Below are positions 17,601-26,970 of a DNA stretch of 64,000 nucleotides, piece by piece. Position 1 is the stretch's first letter. Each line of letters starts with the position of its first letter. Source of the stretch: Gemmatimonadales bacterium (lineage in GTDB: Bacteria; Gemmatimonadota; Gemmatimonadetes; Gemmatimonadales; GWC2-71-9); contig JBDIWC010000014.1 in the NCBI GenBank assembly GCA_039794085.1, positions 16,227 to 80,226 on the forward strand, given 5' to 3'. The position numbers and the translations under genes are program-made. The notes beneath the pieces are model-generated. The model ran no database searches. It saw only the letters and a program-made list of their open reading frames with translations, and was not told where the DNA came from.

Positions 17601-17757
17601 CGGTGCGTCGGTGATGCAGCGGATCGCGGCCCCGATGCTCGGCGGCATGGTGTCGTCGACGATCCTGACCCTCGTGGTCATCCCGGTGTTGTATGAGATC
17701 TGGCAGGGGAGACGTCTGGCCTCGACCCCGGCGCCGGGGAACACTCAGGTGGGGTGA
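14632..17757 (+). CDS. cusA: CusA-type Cu(I)/Ag(I) RND permease
   Basis: DAIPDLSDTQVI, LGPDATGVGW, Met triad contexts EFMPPL / ISMVET / WTMPIKNR. Confidence 0.95.
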   Translation: MIAWLIAWSLRRRVLVLTVTVAGLIAGGWWARSTPIDAIPDLSDTQVIVFTEYPGQAPQVVEDAVTYPLVRALLAVPKARVVRGQSLFGTSFIYILFEEGTDLYWARSRVTEALPAAIDGLPDGVRPQLGPDATGVGWVFQYAVEGEGYSLDQLRSLQDWDIRFGLQSVPGVAEVASIGGFVKQYQVVLDPARLLASGVTSDRIIQVLRESNTDVGARTLEIGGGDYMIRGRGYLTGVSSIAGLVVATGAGGVPVRIGDVADVTIGPDLRLGIAERDGRGEAVGGVVIMRQGENALRVITDVKERIAELQAGLPPGVRIVPTYDRSTLIRSAVSTLRWTLIEESLIVAAVCFLFLLHARSALVAIAVLPLGILLALAAMRVAGVNANIMSLGGLAIAIGAMIDAAIVMIENFHKHRERAPEDDRWDVVLRATREVGPALFVSLLIITLSFLPLFALQAEEGRLFRPLALTKTFAMAAAALLSVTVVPVLMGLFLTGRTRPEEANPVNRWTIRLYRPVLRWALRNRVLVLAGTLAVLGATLWPLRRLGTEFMPPLEEGTLMYMPNSIPGLSIARQRELLQRQDSILMSFPEVASVWGKAGRARTATDPAPISMVETIVTLTDRATWPAPLSQDALIAKLDRAMRFPGLVNSWTMPIKNRTDMLSTGIRTSLGIKIFGPDLRTIESIGADIERRLSSLAGTASIFAERSFGGRYLDVQLDREAIARHGLTTGAVQRVLASAVGGANVTWTVEGREQYPVQVRFGRETRDDPTRLGGILIGTPTGPQIPLHQLAHFTFTDGAPMIRSEDGHPTGTVFIDVRGRDVGSYVEEARSLLERDLTLPAGYRLAWSGQYEALERVTARLALVVPVTLAIIALLLHLNFRNPVEVAIVLASLPFALVGGIWLLWMLDYHLSVAVAAGFIALAGLATQTGVVMLLYLDHAWREAGPGGPATPEALHAAVEAGAVQRVRPKVMTVVAIMAGLLPLMWTHGSGASVMQRIAAPMLGGMVSSTILTLVVIPVLYEIWQGRRLASTPAPGNTQVG

Positions 17758-19685
17758 TTCCCCACGTCGAGCACTTCGCGCACCTTTCGGCCCAGCACCT
17801 CCATGGTGAAGGGTTTCTGCAGGAAAGCCGAACCTTCGAGGGAAATCCCCCGGGCGATCATCGAGTCGGGGGCATACCCTGACAGAAAGAGCACCTGCAC
17901 CTCGGGGCGATGTCGGCGCACCCCCTCGGCCACCTCGGCGCCATCCGCCCCGGGCAACACAACGTCCGCCAGTAGAAGGTCGATCGGGCCGGCATGGGTT
18001 TCCGCCAGCCAGATCGCCTCCCCACCATTGGTCGTTTCCAGCACCGTGTACTCCAGCCGTCGCAGGAGGCGAACCAGCACCGTGCGGACCGCATCCTCGT
18101 CCTCGACGACGAGGATGGTCTCCTTCCCGACCGTTCTTTCCGGAGTGTTGCGATGCTCCGCCACCGGAACGGGGTCTCCAGGGGTCAGCGGCCAAGACAC
18201 CCGGAAGGTGGTTCCGGCGCCGGGCGCACTCTCCACCTCGATGTGCCCACCTCCCTGCTGCACGATGCCAAATACCGTGGCCAAGCCAAGGCCGGTGCCG
18301 AGGTCGGCCTTGGTGGTGAAGAATGGCTCGAAGATTCTTTCCCGCGTGGCCTCGTCCATTCCGCAGCCTGTGTCCGCCACCGTCAGCACCCCCCACGTTC
18401 CCGACGGGACGGCCGTCTCGAGGCGGAGAACCCCTCCGCCCGTCATCGCATCACGAGCGTTGACCACCAGATTCATGAGGACCTGCTCCATCTGCCCGGG
18501 ATCGGCCAGAATCGGTATCGGGTCGGGGTGGAGGGACGTGGAGAGTGTGATGTTGGCCCCGAGAAGGCGCCGCAGAAGATCCTCCGTGTCGTGGATGACA
18601 TCGTTGAGATCCAACACCCGACGCTCGGCAATCTCATGCCGGCTGAAGGCCAGGAGCTGGCGGGTGAGTCGCGCCGATCGTTCCCCCGCCTGCTGAATCT
18701 CCTGGACGGCGCTCCGCAGATCCGAGGGGACGAGTTCTTCCAGAAGGAGGTCGGTGTGGCCGGCAATGACGGTCAGGAGATTGTTGACATCGTGAGCCAC
18801 ACCGCCCGCCAGGAGCCCCAACGCCTCCATCTTCTGGGCGCGACGTAACATCGCGGCGAGGTCGCGTTCCTCCTTCATGTTCTTGAGCACGAAGACGAAC
18901 CCCCGGGCCGCACCCGAGGGATCCCGCATCGGTGCCCCGGTGGTGACCACGGGGATCCGACTCCCGTCCCGCGCGACAATGGCTGTCTCGCGGTCTCCCC
19001 CGATCCGGACCGGCCCACGACGGACCTGGTCCGTCACCCGGAACATGTTCTTCCCGGTCTGGAGATCGAGAAGGTGTGCCACGTCCTCCATCGGTCGCCC
19101 CGCCGCGTCCCGCTCGGTCCAGCCGAGGAGTTGCTCCGCTGCGGGGTTCATGCCCGTCACGCGACCCTCCACATCGGTGGCGAGGACGCCTTCGCTCATG
19201 CAATTGAGGGTGGTGGCCAGATCCTCCCGGCTCCTTCGCAGATCCTCCAGGGCCCTCCTCTGCTCCGACACATCCACCGAGAGGATCAACACACCCGCCC
19301 GAACCGGATGCATTCGGAGATCGAACCATCCTCCGGTGCCATCGGGGAAGGTGAAATGGTTGGTGAAGGAACCGGGCACGCGGGTCCGCAGGCAGGTGTC
19401 CAGACGCCGGAAGAGCTCGGTCTCCTCAATGTCCGGATAGACCTCCGGCATCCGTCGCCCGATCAACTCCTCCCGCGGGTACTTCCCCTGGCGGGCGGCC
19501 GCGTGATTGAGGTAGATGTACCGGTGCTCGAAATCGAGGATCTGAACCCCCTCGAACAGATCATCGAACAGCACGTGCTGGCCGGCCTCGATGTTTCCCG
19601 TGGCGAGGGCGCTCTCCAAAGTCTGCACTCTCCGTTGGAGGAGCCGGAAGCCGGCCTCAGATCCTTCCTCGCGATAGTCGTCCAT
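17745..19685 (-). CDS. PAS-PAS hybrid histidine kinase/response regulator
   Basis: [12 protein letters not shown]-box, [23 protein letters not shown]-terminal receiver ([18 protein letters not shown]). Confidence 0.93.
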   Translation of the reverse strand: MDDYREEGSEAGFRLLQRRVQTLESALATGNIEAGQHVLFDDLFEGVQILDFEHRYIYLNHAAARQGKYPREELIGRRMPEVYPDIEETELFRRLDTCLRTRVPGSFTNHFTFPDGTGGWFDLRMHPVRAGVLILSVDVSEQRRALEDLRRSREDLATTLNCMSEGVLATDVEGRVTGMNPAAEQLLGWTERDAAGRPMEDVAHLLDLQTGKNMFRVTDQVRRGPVRIGGDRETAIVARDGSRIPVVTTGAPMRDPSGAARGFVFVLKNMKEERDLAAMLRRAQKMEALGLLAGGVAHDVNNLLTVIAGHTDLLLEELVPSDLRSAVQEIQQAGERSARLTRQLLAFSRHEIAERRVLDLNDVIHDTEDLLRRLLGANITLSTSLHPDPIPILADPGQMEQVLMNLVVNARDAMTGGGVLRLETAVPSGTWGVLTVADTGCGMDEATRERIFEPFFTTKADLGTGLGLATVFGIVQQGGGHIEVESAPGAGTTFRVSWPLTPGDPVPVAEHRNTPERTVGKETILVVEDEDAVRTVLVRLLRRLEYTVLETTNGGEAIWLAETHAGPIDLLLADVVLPGADGAEVAEGVRRHRPEVQVLFLSGYAPDSMIARGISLEGSAFLQKPFTMEVLGRKVREVLDVGNHPT

Positions 19686-19968
19686 GGGCAACCTCTCCCG
19701 GTGGCGCCGTCGTCAGGGCAGAGCTGACCTAACGCTACAGTAGATACGGTCAATCATCTCTACGAATGTATCGTGTCGCGACGACCAGCACAACAGTCGC
19801 ATTTATTGACGCTCGTGTATGTGTCTCATTGTGTGACAACGATTCGCCGCAAGTCGTGATCCCGCATCACGGAACGGCAACACGCCACCATCGGGTTTCT
19901 CGGGGGAGGATGGCTTCCGAGGGAATCACCCGACTTGCTTCCTCACAGCGCCGGCCCGATCTTGGTCC

Positions 19969-22521
19969 ATGCCCCCACGCCTCCGGCTTTTCCTGGTGTT
20001 GTCCGTCCTCACCACCTCTCCCCTCGCGGCTCAGCGCCCCGACACGCGGGTACCGGACCTGATCCGCCGGATGACGGTGGAGGAGAAGTTCTGGCAGCTC
20101 TTCATGCTTCCCGGTCAGCCCGGCGCCCCAGGGGAGGACTACCGGCACGGCGTCTTCGGCCTTCAGATTCCCCCGGCGGCCACGGCGCGGGCCGATGCAC
20201 AACGGATCGACGACGCCCAACGCCATGTCGTGACCCGCACCCGGCTCGGCATCCCGATGATCCCCTTCGAGGAGGCGGTTCACGGACTCCGCCGGCCCGG
20301 GGCGACGATGTTTCCGCAAGCCATCGCGCTGGCCGCCACCTGGGACACCGCCCTGATGGGTCGAGTGGCGGCGGCGATTGCGAAGGAGACCCGTACTCGT
20401 GGCATCCGTCAGGTTCTTGCTCCCGTGGTGAACCTTGCCACCGACGTGCGATGGGGGCGCGTGGAGGAGACCTACGGCGAGGATCCGTTCCTCGCCTCGC
20501 GCATGGCGACTGCGTATGTCACACCCTTCACCCGGGCCGGTGTGATCACGACACCGAAGCACTTTGTGGCCAATGTCGGTGAGGGTGGACGGGACAGTTG
20601 GCCCATCGCCCTCGATGACCGCACCCTTGCCGACCTCCACTTCCCTCCGTTCCGGTCGGCCCTCGCCGCGGGGGCCCTGTCGGTCATGACGGCCTACAAC
20701 TCCGTGGGGGGGCTGCCCGCCACGCAGAACCATCGCCTCCTGTCGGGGACGCTGAAGGGCGAGTGGGGATTCCGGGGTTTCGTGATTTCCGACGCGTCGG
20801 CCACGGGGGGAAGCACGGTTCTCCACCGCACCGACCCCAACACGCCGACCGCCACCCAGCATGCCTTTGCGGCGGGACTCGACGTGGTGTTCCAGTCATC
20901 GTGGCCCGATCACCGCCCCTATCTGGATGCGTTTCGGCGCGGGCTCATCCCGAGCGAGGTCATCGATTCCTCCCTGACCCGGGTCCTCTCGGCGAAGGAG
21001 AATCTCGGGCTGTTTGAGGCTCCCTTCGTCGATCCCGACAGCGCAGCCCATTGGAACGGCCACCCGGACCACCTCGCGCTGGCCCGCGAGGCGGCAGCCG
21101 CCGCCCTCGTACTCCTCCACAACCTGAGAGGCCGACTTCCCCTCGATCCCGGCCTCGGAACGGTGGCCGTGATCGGTCCCGACGCGGTCGAAACGCGGCT
21201 GGGCGGCTACAGTGCCCCCGGGGTGGCACCCGTCTCCATCCTCGACGCGCTCCGGAAGCGCCTCGGCAACCGGATTCGCCATGCCCCCGGCCCCGGACGT
21301 GCCACCCGCGAGTACGAGACGGTTCCTCCGGGACACCTCGACCTGACGACCGATTTCTTCGAATCACCCACCCTCGAAGGCGCTCCGATCGCAACCCGCC
21401 CCGACTCCCTGATCGACGCACGCTGGACGTTCAATCCGCCGGTGCGTGGTCTTCCCCCCGACTGGTACGGGGTGCGATGGTCCGGGCACCTCACCGTGGG
21501 TGTCGACACGGTGTCTCGACTCGGGGTGGAAGGAACCGACGGCTGGCGGCTCTTTCTCGGCGACACCCTCCTGCTCGATCACTCACACAAGCGCGCGTGG
21601 GGGGTGGACCTTGTCCCGGTGCTCCTCCCTCCCGGCAGCCGTCATGCTCTCCGGCTCGAGTACGCCCACACCACGGGAAACGCCCGGGTGCGTCTCGTCT
21701 GGGACACGGGACATGGCCACGATTGGCGAGCCCTTACGGACAGCGCAACCGCGCTGGCCCGCCGGAGCGACGTGGCCCTCGTCGTGGCCGGCATCGAGGA
21801 AGGGGAGTTCCGGGATCGCGCCGGACTGGGTCTTCCCGGACACCAGGAGGAGATGATTCGCGCCGTGGCGGCCACGGGCACACCCACGGTCGTGATCCTC
21901 ATCGGGGGAAGCGCCATCACCATGCCCTGGCTCGACGACGTCGACGCCGTCCTCCATGCGTGGTACCCCGGTGAGGCGGGCGGACGGGCCCTGGCGGATG
22001 TCCTCCTGGGAGACCACAACCCGTCGGGCCGCCTCCCGATCACCTTCCCGCGCGCCGAGGGGCAGCTTCCCCTCGTCTACAACCACCTGCCGACCGGCCG
22101 CGGCGATGACTATGTCGACCTCACGGGGGAGCCCCTCTTTCCCTTCGGATACGGGCTGAGCTACACGACCTTCGCCTATTCCGACCTCCGCATCACCCCG
22201 GATTCGATCTCCCCGGACGGGAGCACCCTCGTCGAGTTCCGGATCACCAACACGGGGACGCGCACAGGAGCCGAGATCGCACAGCTCTACCTGCGCGATA
22301 TCCTCGCGTCGGTGACCCAGCCGGTCCTCGCCCTCAAGGGCTTCCAGAAGGTTGTTCTGGAGCCGGCGGAGTCGCGAGCCCTCACGTTCTCTCTAGGACG
22401 GGACGAGCTGTCACTTCTCGGCGAAGATCTCCGCCGAGTCGTCGAGCCCGGTCGCTTCCATCTGTACGTGGGAGCCTCCTCCCGGGACATCCGGCTTCGG
22501 GGCATCCTCGAAGTTCGGTGA
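19969..22521 (+). CDS. GH3 beta-glucosidase-like protein with PA14 and Fn3-like domains
   Basis: RWGRVEETYGEDP, KHFVA, GFVISDA, WYPGEAGG, PFGYGLSYT. Confidence 0.92.
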   Translation: MPPRLRLFLVLSVLTTSPLAAQRPDTRVPDLIRRMTVEEKFWQLFMLPGQPGAPGEDYRHGVFGLQIPPAATARADAQRIDDAQRHVVTRTRLGIPMIPFEEAVHGLRRPGATMFPQAIALAATWDTALMGRVAAAIAKETRTRGIRQVLAPVVNLATDVRWGRVEETYGEDPFLASRMATAYVTPFTRAGVITTPKHFVANVGEGGRDSWPIALDDRTLADLHFPPFRSALAAGALSVMTAYNSVGGLPATQNHRLLSGTLKGEWGFRGFVISDASATGGSTVLHRTDPNTPTATQHAFAAGLDVVFQSSWPDHRPYLDAFRRGLIPSEVIDSSLTRVLSAKENLGLFEAPFVDPDSAAHWNGHPDHLALAREAAAAALVLLHNLRGRLPLDPGLGTVAVIGPDAVETRLGGYSAPGVAPVSILDALRKRLGNRIRHAPGPGRATREYETVPPGHLDLTTDFFESPTLEGAPIATRPDSLIDARWTFNPPVRGLPPDWYGVRWSGHLTVGVDTVSRLGVEGTDGWRLFLGDTLLLDHSHKRAWGVDLVPVLLPPGSRHALRLEYAHTTGNARVRLVWDTGHGHDWRALTDSATALARRSDVALVVAGIEEGEFRDRAGLGLPGHQEEMIRAVAATGTPTVVILIGGSAITMPWLDDVDAVLHAWYPGEAGGRALADVLLGDHNPSGRLPITFPRAEGQLPLVYNHLPTGRGDDYVDLTGEPLFPFGYGLSYTTFAYSDLRITPDSISPDGSTLVEFRITNTGTRTGAEIAQLYLRDILASVTQPVLALKGFQKVVLEPAESRALTFSLGRDELSLLGEDLRRVVEPGRFHLYVGASSRDIRLRGILEVR

Positions 22522-22533
22522 TCACACGTCGTC

Positions 22534-23826
22534 GTGAATCCTGGCGGGCCATCCTCTCGTACAGGGGGCCCACCTCCACCGTGGAGCTTTTCTGTGACCG
22601 TTCGTGACGCCATCGGCATGGGCCTCGGCGCTCTCCGCCAGCACCGGCTCCGCACCCTGTTGTCGATGCTGGGAGTGATCATTGGCGTGGCGGCCCTGGT
22701 GGCTGTTCTCAGCCTCGGCGATGGCATGGAAACCTTCGCCCGGGCCGAGATTGCGGAGACCACGTCACTGCAGGGAGTGTCCGTCAGCCCGGCCCTGACC
22801 CGCCGGCAGGATGGGCTCGCCCTCCCCGTCTCCCATGTCATCCAATTGACAGTGGATCACCTCGATGCGCTCTCCGCCAGCCCGCATGTGACTCGGGGCA
22901 TGATCGAAGTGAGCGCCGCGGCGCTGGCCCATCACCCCGACCAGCCCGACTCCACCCGAGCGGTGATGGTGACCGGCCGGGCGGAGTCCGGAGACAGCTC
23001 CGTACTCTCCCTTCCGGACCAGGGGCGTGGAATGAGTCCGGACGAAGCGCGAGGGAGCACCCCCGTCATGGTGGTGTCCACGGCCTTCGCCGAGTGGATT
23101 ACCGGGGAGAGGGCGGACGGGGCCGTGGGCCGCCGGGTGAGGGTGGGAACCCGGGATTGGGAGATCCTCGGGGTTCGGAGCGGTGGCCCGGGCCGGTTCT
23201 TCACGGCGGAGGTCCCCGTGGGCCTGGCCTCGGAGGCGTTTGCCCCGTCCCCTATCCCTCGCGTTCCCACGATCGCGCTGGCCGCACGGAGCATCGAGTC
23301 CGTGGATTCAGTCCGTGCGCAGGCCCAGTCCTGGCTCCGCTCCCAGGGTCCGGAGTGGCCCGACCTCGTCACGGTTGCCACCTCGGAGGGGCGGCTGCGG
23401 CAGGCGCTGACGGCCATCCGCGTGTTCAAGATCTTCATGGGATCGGTGGTGGGCATCGCGTTGCTGGTGGGGGGGATCGGGATCATGAACATCCTCCTCG
23501 CCTCCGTGGCCGAGCGCACCCGCGAGATCGGCATCCGCCGTGCCGTGGGGGCCCGGCAAAGGGACATTCGCCGGCAGTTCCTGGTCGAGGCGTTGACGAT
23601 CACGGGGCTGGGTAGTGCGATCGGGACCGGGATCGGCCTGGCAATGAGTTACCTCGCCACGGCGATCATGCGGATGCAGACCGAGGCCCAGGTGCAGTCG
23701 GGGTTCAGCCTGAGCACCCTGGTGGTGGCCGCCGCGGGGGGGATCCTGCTCGGCATCATTTTCGGGGCCTATCCGGCCCATCGCGCCGCCACCCTGGTGC
23801 CGGTGGACGCCATCCGGCACGAGTGA
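22534..23826 (+). CDS. MacB/FtsX-like ABC permease
   Basis: LRTLLSMLGVIIGVA, GGIGIMNI..SV.ERTREIGIRRAVGA, AIRHE. Confidence 0.9.
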   Translation: MNPGGPSSRTGGPPPPWSFSVTVRDAIGMGLGALRQHRLRTLLSMLGVIIGVAALVAVLSLGDGMETFARAEIAETTSLQGVSVSPALTRRQDGLALPVSHVIQLTVDHLDALSASPHVTRGMIEVSAAALAHHPDQPDSTRAVMVTGRAESGDSSVLSLPDQGRGMSPDEARGSTPVMVVSTAFAEWITGERADGAVGRRVRVGTRDWEILGVRSGGPGRFFTAEVPVGLASEAFAPSPIPRVPTIALAARSIESVDSVRAQAQSWLRSQGPEWPDLVTVATSEGRLRQALTAIRVFKIFMGSVVGIALLVGGIGIMNILLASVAERTREIGIRRAVGARQRDIRRQFLVEALTITGLGSAIGTGIGLAMSYLATAIMRMQTEAQVQSGFSLSTLVVAAAGGILLGIIFGAYPAHRAATLVPVDAIRHE

Positions 23827-23828
23827 GG

Positions 23829-23933
<105 letters not shown>

Positions 23934-24029
23934 GAGTGAAAATACCAAACGTCATCCCGCTGGGTTGGGGGAGGCCACGAGGGGATTCCATCGTCCTGGT
24001 AGGCGTTGGCCGTCGCGTCCTCACTTCAA

Positions 24030-24545
24030 TCAGGTAGGCGGAACCGGTGTGTTGCTCTCTGACTTGTGTCTTTGTGCCATGCGGACAAAAGCATAGAGAG
24101 AATCAGCCAGTGTGCCTGGAGCACGATTATCTGCCACAGCTGCCATCGGGGTCCGGTTCAAGACTACTTCCAACGCGGTATTGCAGTTTTCATGCCCTTT
24201 CTTCTTCGTAACCGTAACTTTCTTCTTCTTCACGTCAATCCCCGGAGTCGTCAAGGCCTTGGTCTCCAACACCCGTAGTATCGAGTCACGGTCCTCTTCG
24301 GTTTTCATGTACAGGCGCACCTTCACGCTTTCGGGATACTTGCCTCCATCCACCCAGACCATGTGGACCGGGCCATGGGGCAAGATCTCAGTCCAGACCT
24401 GATCGTCGCGCGTATTCACGATATCTGTAAATCCCCAGCCGTCGGCCTTGAGGTCCTCCTTCATCCGCGAGGCGAATGCGATGCCTCCGTCCATGTCGCT
24501 ACAGCCAAGTGTCATCTCGAAGCCCCGGAGAAGGTGAGAATGCAA
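24030..24545 (-). CDS. Hypothetical Lys-rich, lower-GC protein (start uncertain)
   Basis: 171-aa ORF with composition unlike its neighbours; no recognisable motif. Confidence 0.55.
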   Translation of the reverse strand: MHSHLLRGFEMTLGCSDMDGGIAFASRMKEDLKADGWGFTDIVNTRDDQVWTEILPHGPVHMVWVDGGKYPESVKVRLYMKTEEDRDSILRVLETKALTTPGIDVKKKKVTVTKKKGHENCNTALEVVLNRTPMAAVADNRAPGTLADSLYAFVRMAQRHKSESNTPVPPT

Positions 24546-24630
24546 ATCTAGTGGGAGAAAGGCCGGACTGCAGGGCAGCTTGGCACCCCGCCGTGTCGCA
24601 TCACCACAAGGGGGCGCCCAATGTGATTGC

Positions 24631-24658
24631 CCCTACTCCCTATTCCCTACTCCCTAAG
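24631..24658. repeat. Heptamer tract CCCTA(C/T)T x4
   Basis: CCCTACT CCCTATT CCCTACT CCCTAAG. Confidence 0.85.
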
Positions 24659-24789
24659 CCGGCAGAGCCGGAACCAAAGAGGCGTGTCGAGTTTTCGCGT
24701 GAGTTCCCCGGGGCTTTCGCCCCGGGCTCGGCGGCGAGAGGCCGTTCACACGGCCGGGTGTTCGTCTGGGCTGCCGGTGGCGTGAGCCA

Positions 24790-25004
24790 CCTCCCCCGGC
24801 CGAGCAAGGGGCGTCAGCCCCGGGAAACGCCACTCGCCGGGTCACGGCGCACTCCGCGACGCGAAGGCACACAAGTTGAATACACTCCGAACCGCCGTCA
24901 AACGCAGTACCGGCGTGGGTTTCCGGGCGTCGGCCAAAATATTGTTGCCATTTTGTGTTCAAGCTTGTCCGTAAGGAACTATTCCCTACTCCCCACTCCC
25001 CACC
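24790..25004 (-). repeat. Dispersed non-coding repeat, copy 1
   Basis: Reverse complement of 24937-24976 matches 63741-63780 at 38/40; flanking heptamer tract; weaker similarity continues. Confidence 0.8.
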
Positions 25005-25055
25005 TATGATTGAAACAGTCCCATCCTTCCCCGCATCCTGTGGCCGGAGATCCCC

Positions 25056-26969
25056 ATGCCGACACCCCTGACCCGTCTCACCGAGCCCCTCGTCCGCGAG
25101 AACGGCCACCTCCGCCCCGCCACCTGGGACGAGGCCCTGGACCGTGCCGCCGGAGGGTTCCGGGCCGCCAAGGCCGCTCACGGCCCCGACGCCCTGGCCA
25201 CCATGAGCTGCTCCAAGGCGAGCAACGAGGTGAACTACCTCGCCGCGAAGCTGACGCGGGTGGCCTTCGGGACCCACAACATCGACAGCTGCAACCGGAC
25301 CTGACACGCTCCCAGCGTCGTCGGTCTGGCGACAGTGTTCGGAGCGGGCGGCGGAACCACCTCCTACCGGGAGGTGGAGGAGACCGATGTGCTCTTCCTC
25401 TGGGGCGCCAACGTCCGGGAGAACCATCCGATCTTCTTTCATCACGTCCTCAAGGCGATTCACCGGGGGGCCCTGCTCTATGCTGTGGACCCCCGGCGGA
25501 CCTCCTCCGCCCAGTGGGCCGACGAGTGGCTCGGGGTGAACGTGGGCACCGACATCGTGCTGGCCAACGCGATGGCCCGGGTGATCATCCACGCGGGGCT
25601 GGAGAACCGTGCGTTCATCGATCGGGCCACGACAGGGTTCGACGCCTATCGCGCGTGTGTGGAGAGCTACACCCTGGAGTACGCCGAGCGGACCACCGGG
25701 GTCCCGGCCGACGTGATCGCCCGGGCCGCCCGCGCCTATGCCCGTGCCGACCGGGCGGTGATCTGCTGGACCCTGGGCATCACCGAACACCACAACGCGG
25801 TGGACAACGTACTCGCATTGATCAATCTCGCGTTGCTCACCGGGCATGTCGGTCGCTACGGGTCGGGGTTGAGCCCCCTGCGGGGCCAGAACAACGTGCA
25901 GGGCGGGGGCGACATGGGCGCCATTCCGAACCGCCTGGTGGGATTCCAGGACTGGACCACCGATCCCGCCATCCGGGCCAAGTTCGAAAAGGCATGGGGG
26001 GTGCCCCTGGTCCCGACGTACGGCAAGCACCTGTCGCAGATGTTCGAGGCGATGGAACACGGGGAACTCCGCGCGGTCTACGCGATCGGCGAGAACCCGG
26101 CGCGTTCCGAGGCCGACCAGGGACGGACCGAGCGCCTCCTCCAGGGGCTCGACCACCTGGTGGTGCAGGACATCTTCCTCACCCGCACCGCGGAGCTCGC
26201 GTCGGTCGTGCTTCCCGCCTCGGCCAGCTGGTGCGAGTCGGAGGGAACGGTGACCAGCAGCGAGCGGCGGGTGCAGCGGGTCCGCAAGGCACTCGATCCA
26301 CCCGGCAACGCCCGGGATGATCGGTGGATCATCTGCGAGATCGCCCGGCGGCTCGGGCACGACTGGGGACACCCGAGTGCGGAGGAGGTGTGGAATGAGC
26401 TTCGAGCCCTGGCGCCGATGGTGGCGGGGATGACGTACGAACGGCTGGAGAAGGAGGGCGGGATTCAGTGGCCCTGCCCCGATGAGCAACACCCCGGGGA
26501 ACTCTTCCTGCACCGACGGCTCTGGGCCGAACCCCGTGAGGGTCCGGCCGCACCATTCAGCGTGGTGGAACATGACCCTCCGGTGGAGCTCCCCGACGCC
26601 CGATATCCCTTTCAGCTCACCACCGGGCGCCGGCTCGACTCGTACAACACGGGGGTTCAGTCGGGGGGATACACCAGCCCGCTTCGGCGCGGGGAAACCG
26701 CCGACATCTCCCCCGAAGATGCCACCCGCCTCGGCGTGGAGGACGGGGACCTCCTCCGGGTGACCTCGCGCCGTGGCAGCGTGGTGGCCCCGGCCCGGAT
26801 CGACACCAGTCTCCGTGCGGGCCTCGTCTTCATGACCTTCCACTTCCAGGAGGAGGTGGCGACCAACCTCCTCACCATCGACGCGGTGGACCCGAAGTCG
26901 GGCACGGCCGAGTTCAAGGTGTGCGCCGTGCGACTGGAGCCGGTACACTCCCTCGCCGGAACGAGGTGA
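25056..26969 (+). CDS. Selenocysteine-containing formate dehydrogenase catalytic (Mo/W-bisPGD) subunit
   Basis: ORFs 25056-25304 and 25335-26969 are in frame across TGA 25302: NIDSCNRT-U-HAPSV; LRGQNNVQG motif; SECIS follows. Confidence 0.92.
25305..25337 (+). promoter_or_regulatory. Bacterial SECIS element
   Basis: Hairpin GUCGUC-GGUCU-GGCGAC starting 12 nt after UGA, G-containing apical loop. Confidence 0.85.
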
Positions 26970-26970
26970 C

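Noticed and set aside
25056..25304. FDH as a pseudogene or two separate genes
   Set aside because: The TGA sits at the catalytic ligand position with a SECIS and the frame is preserved
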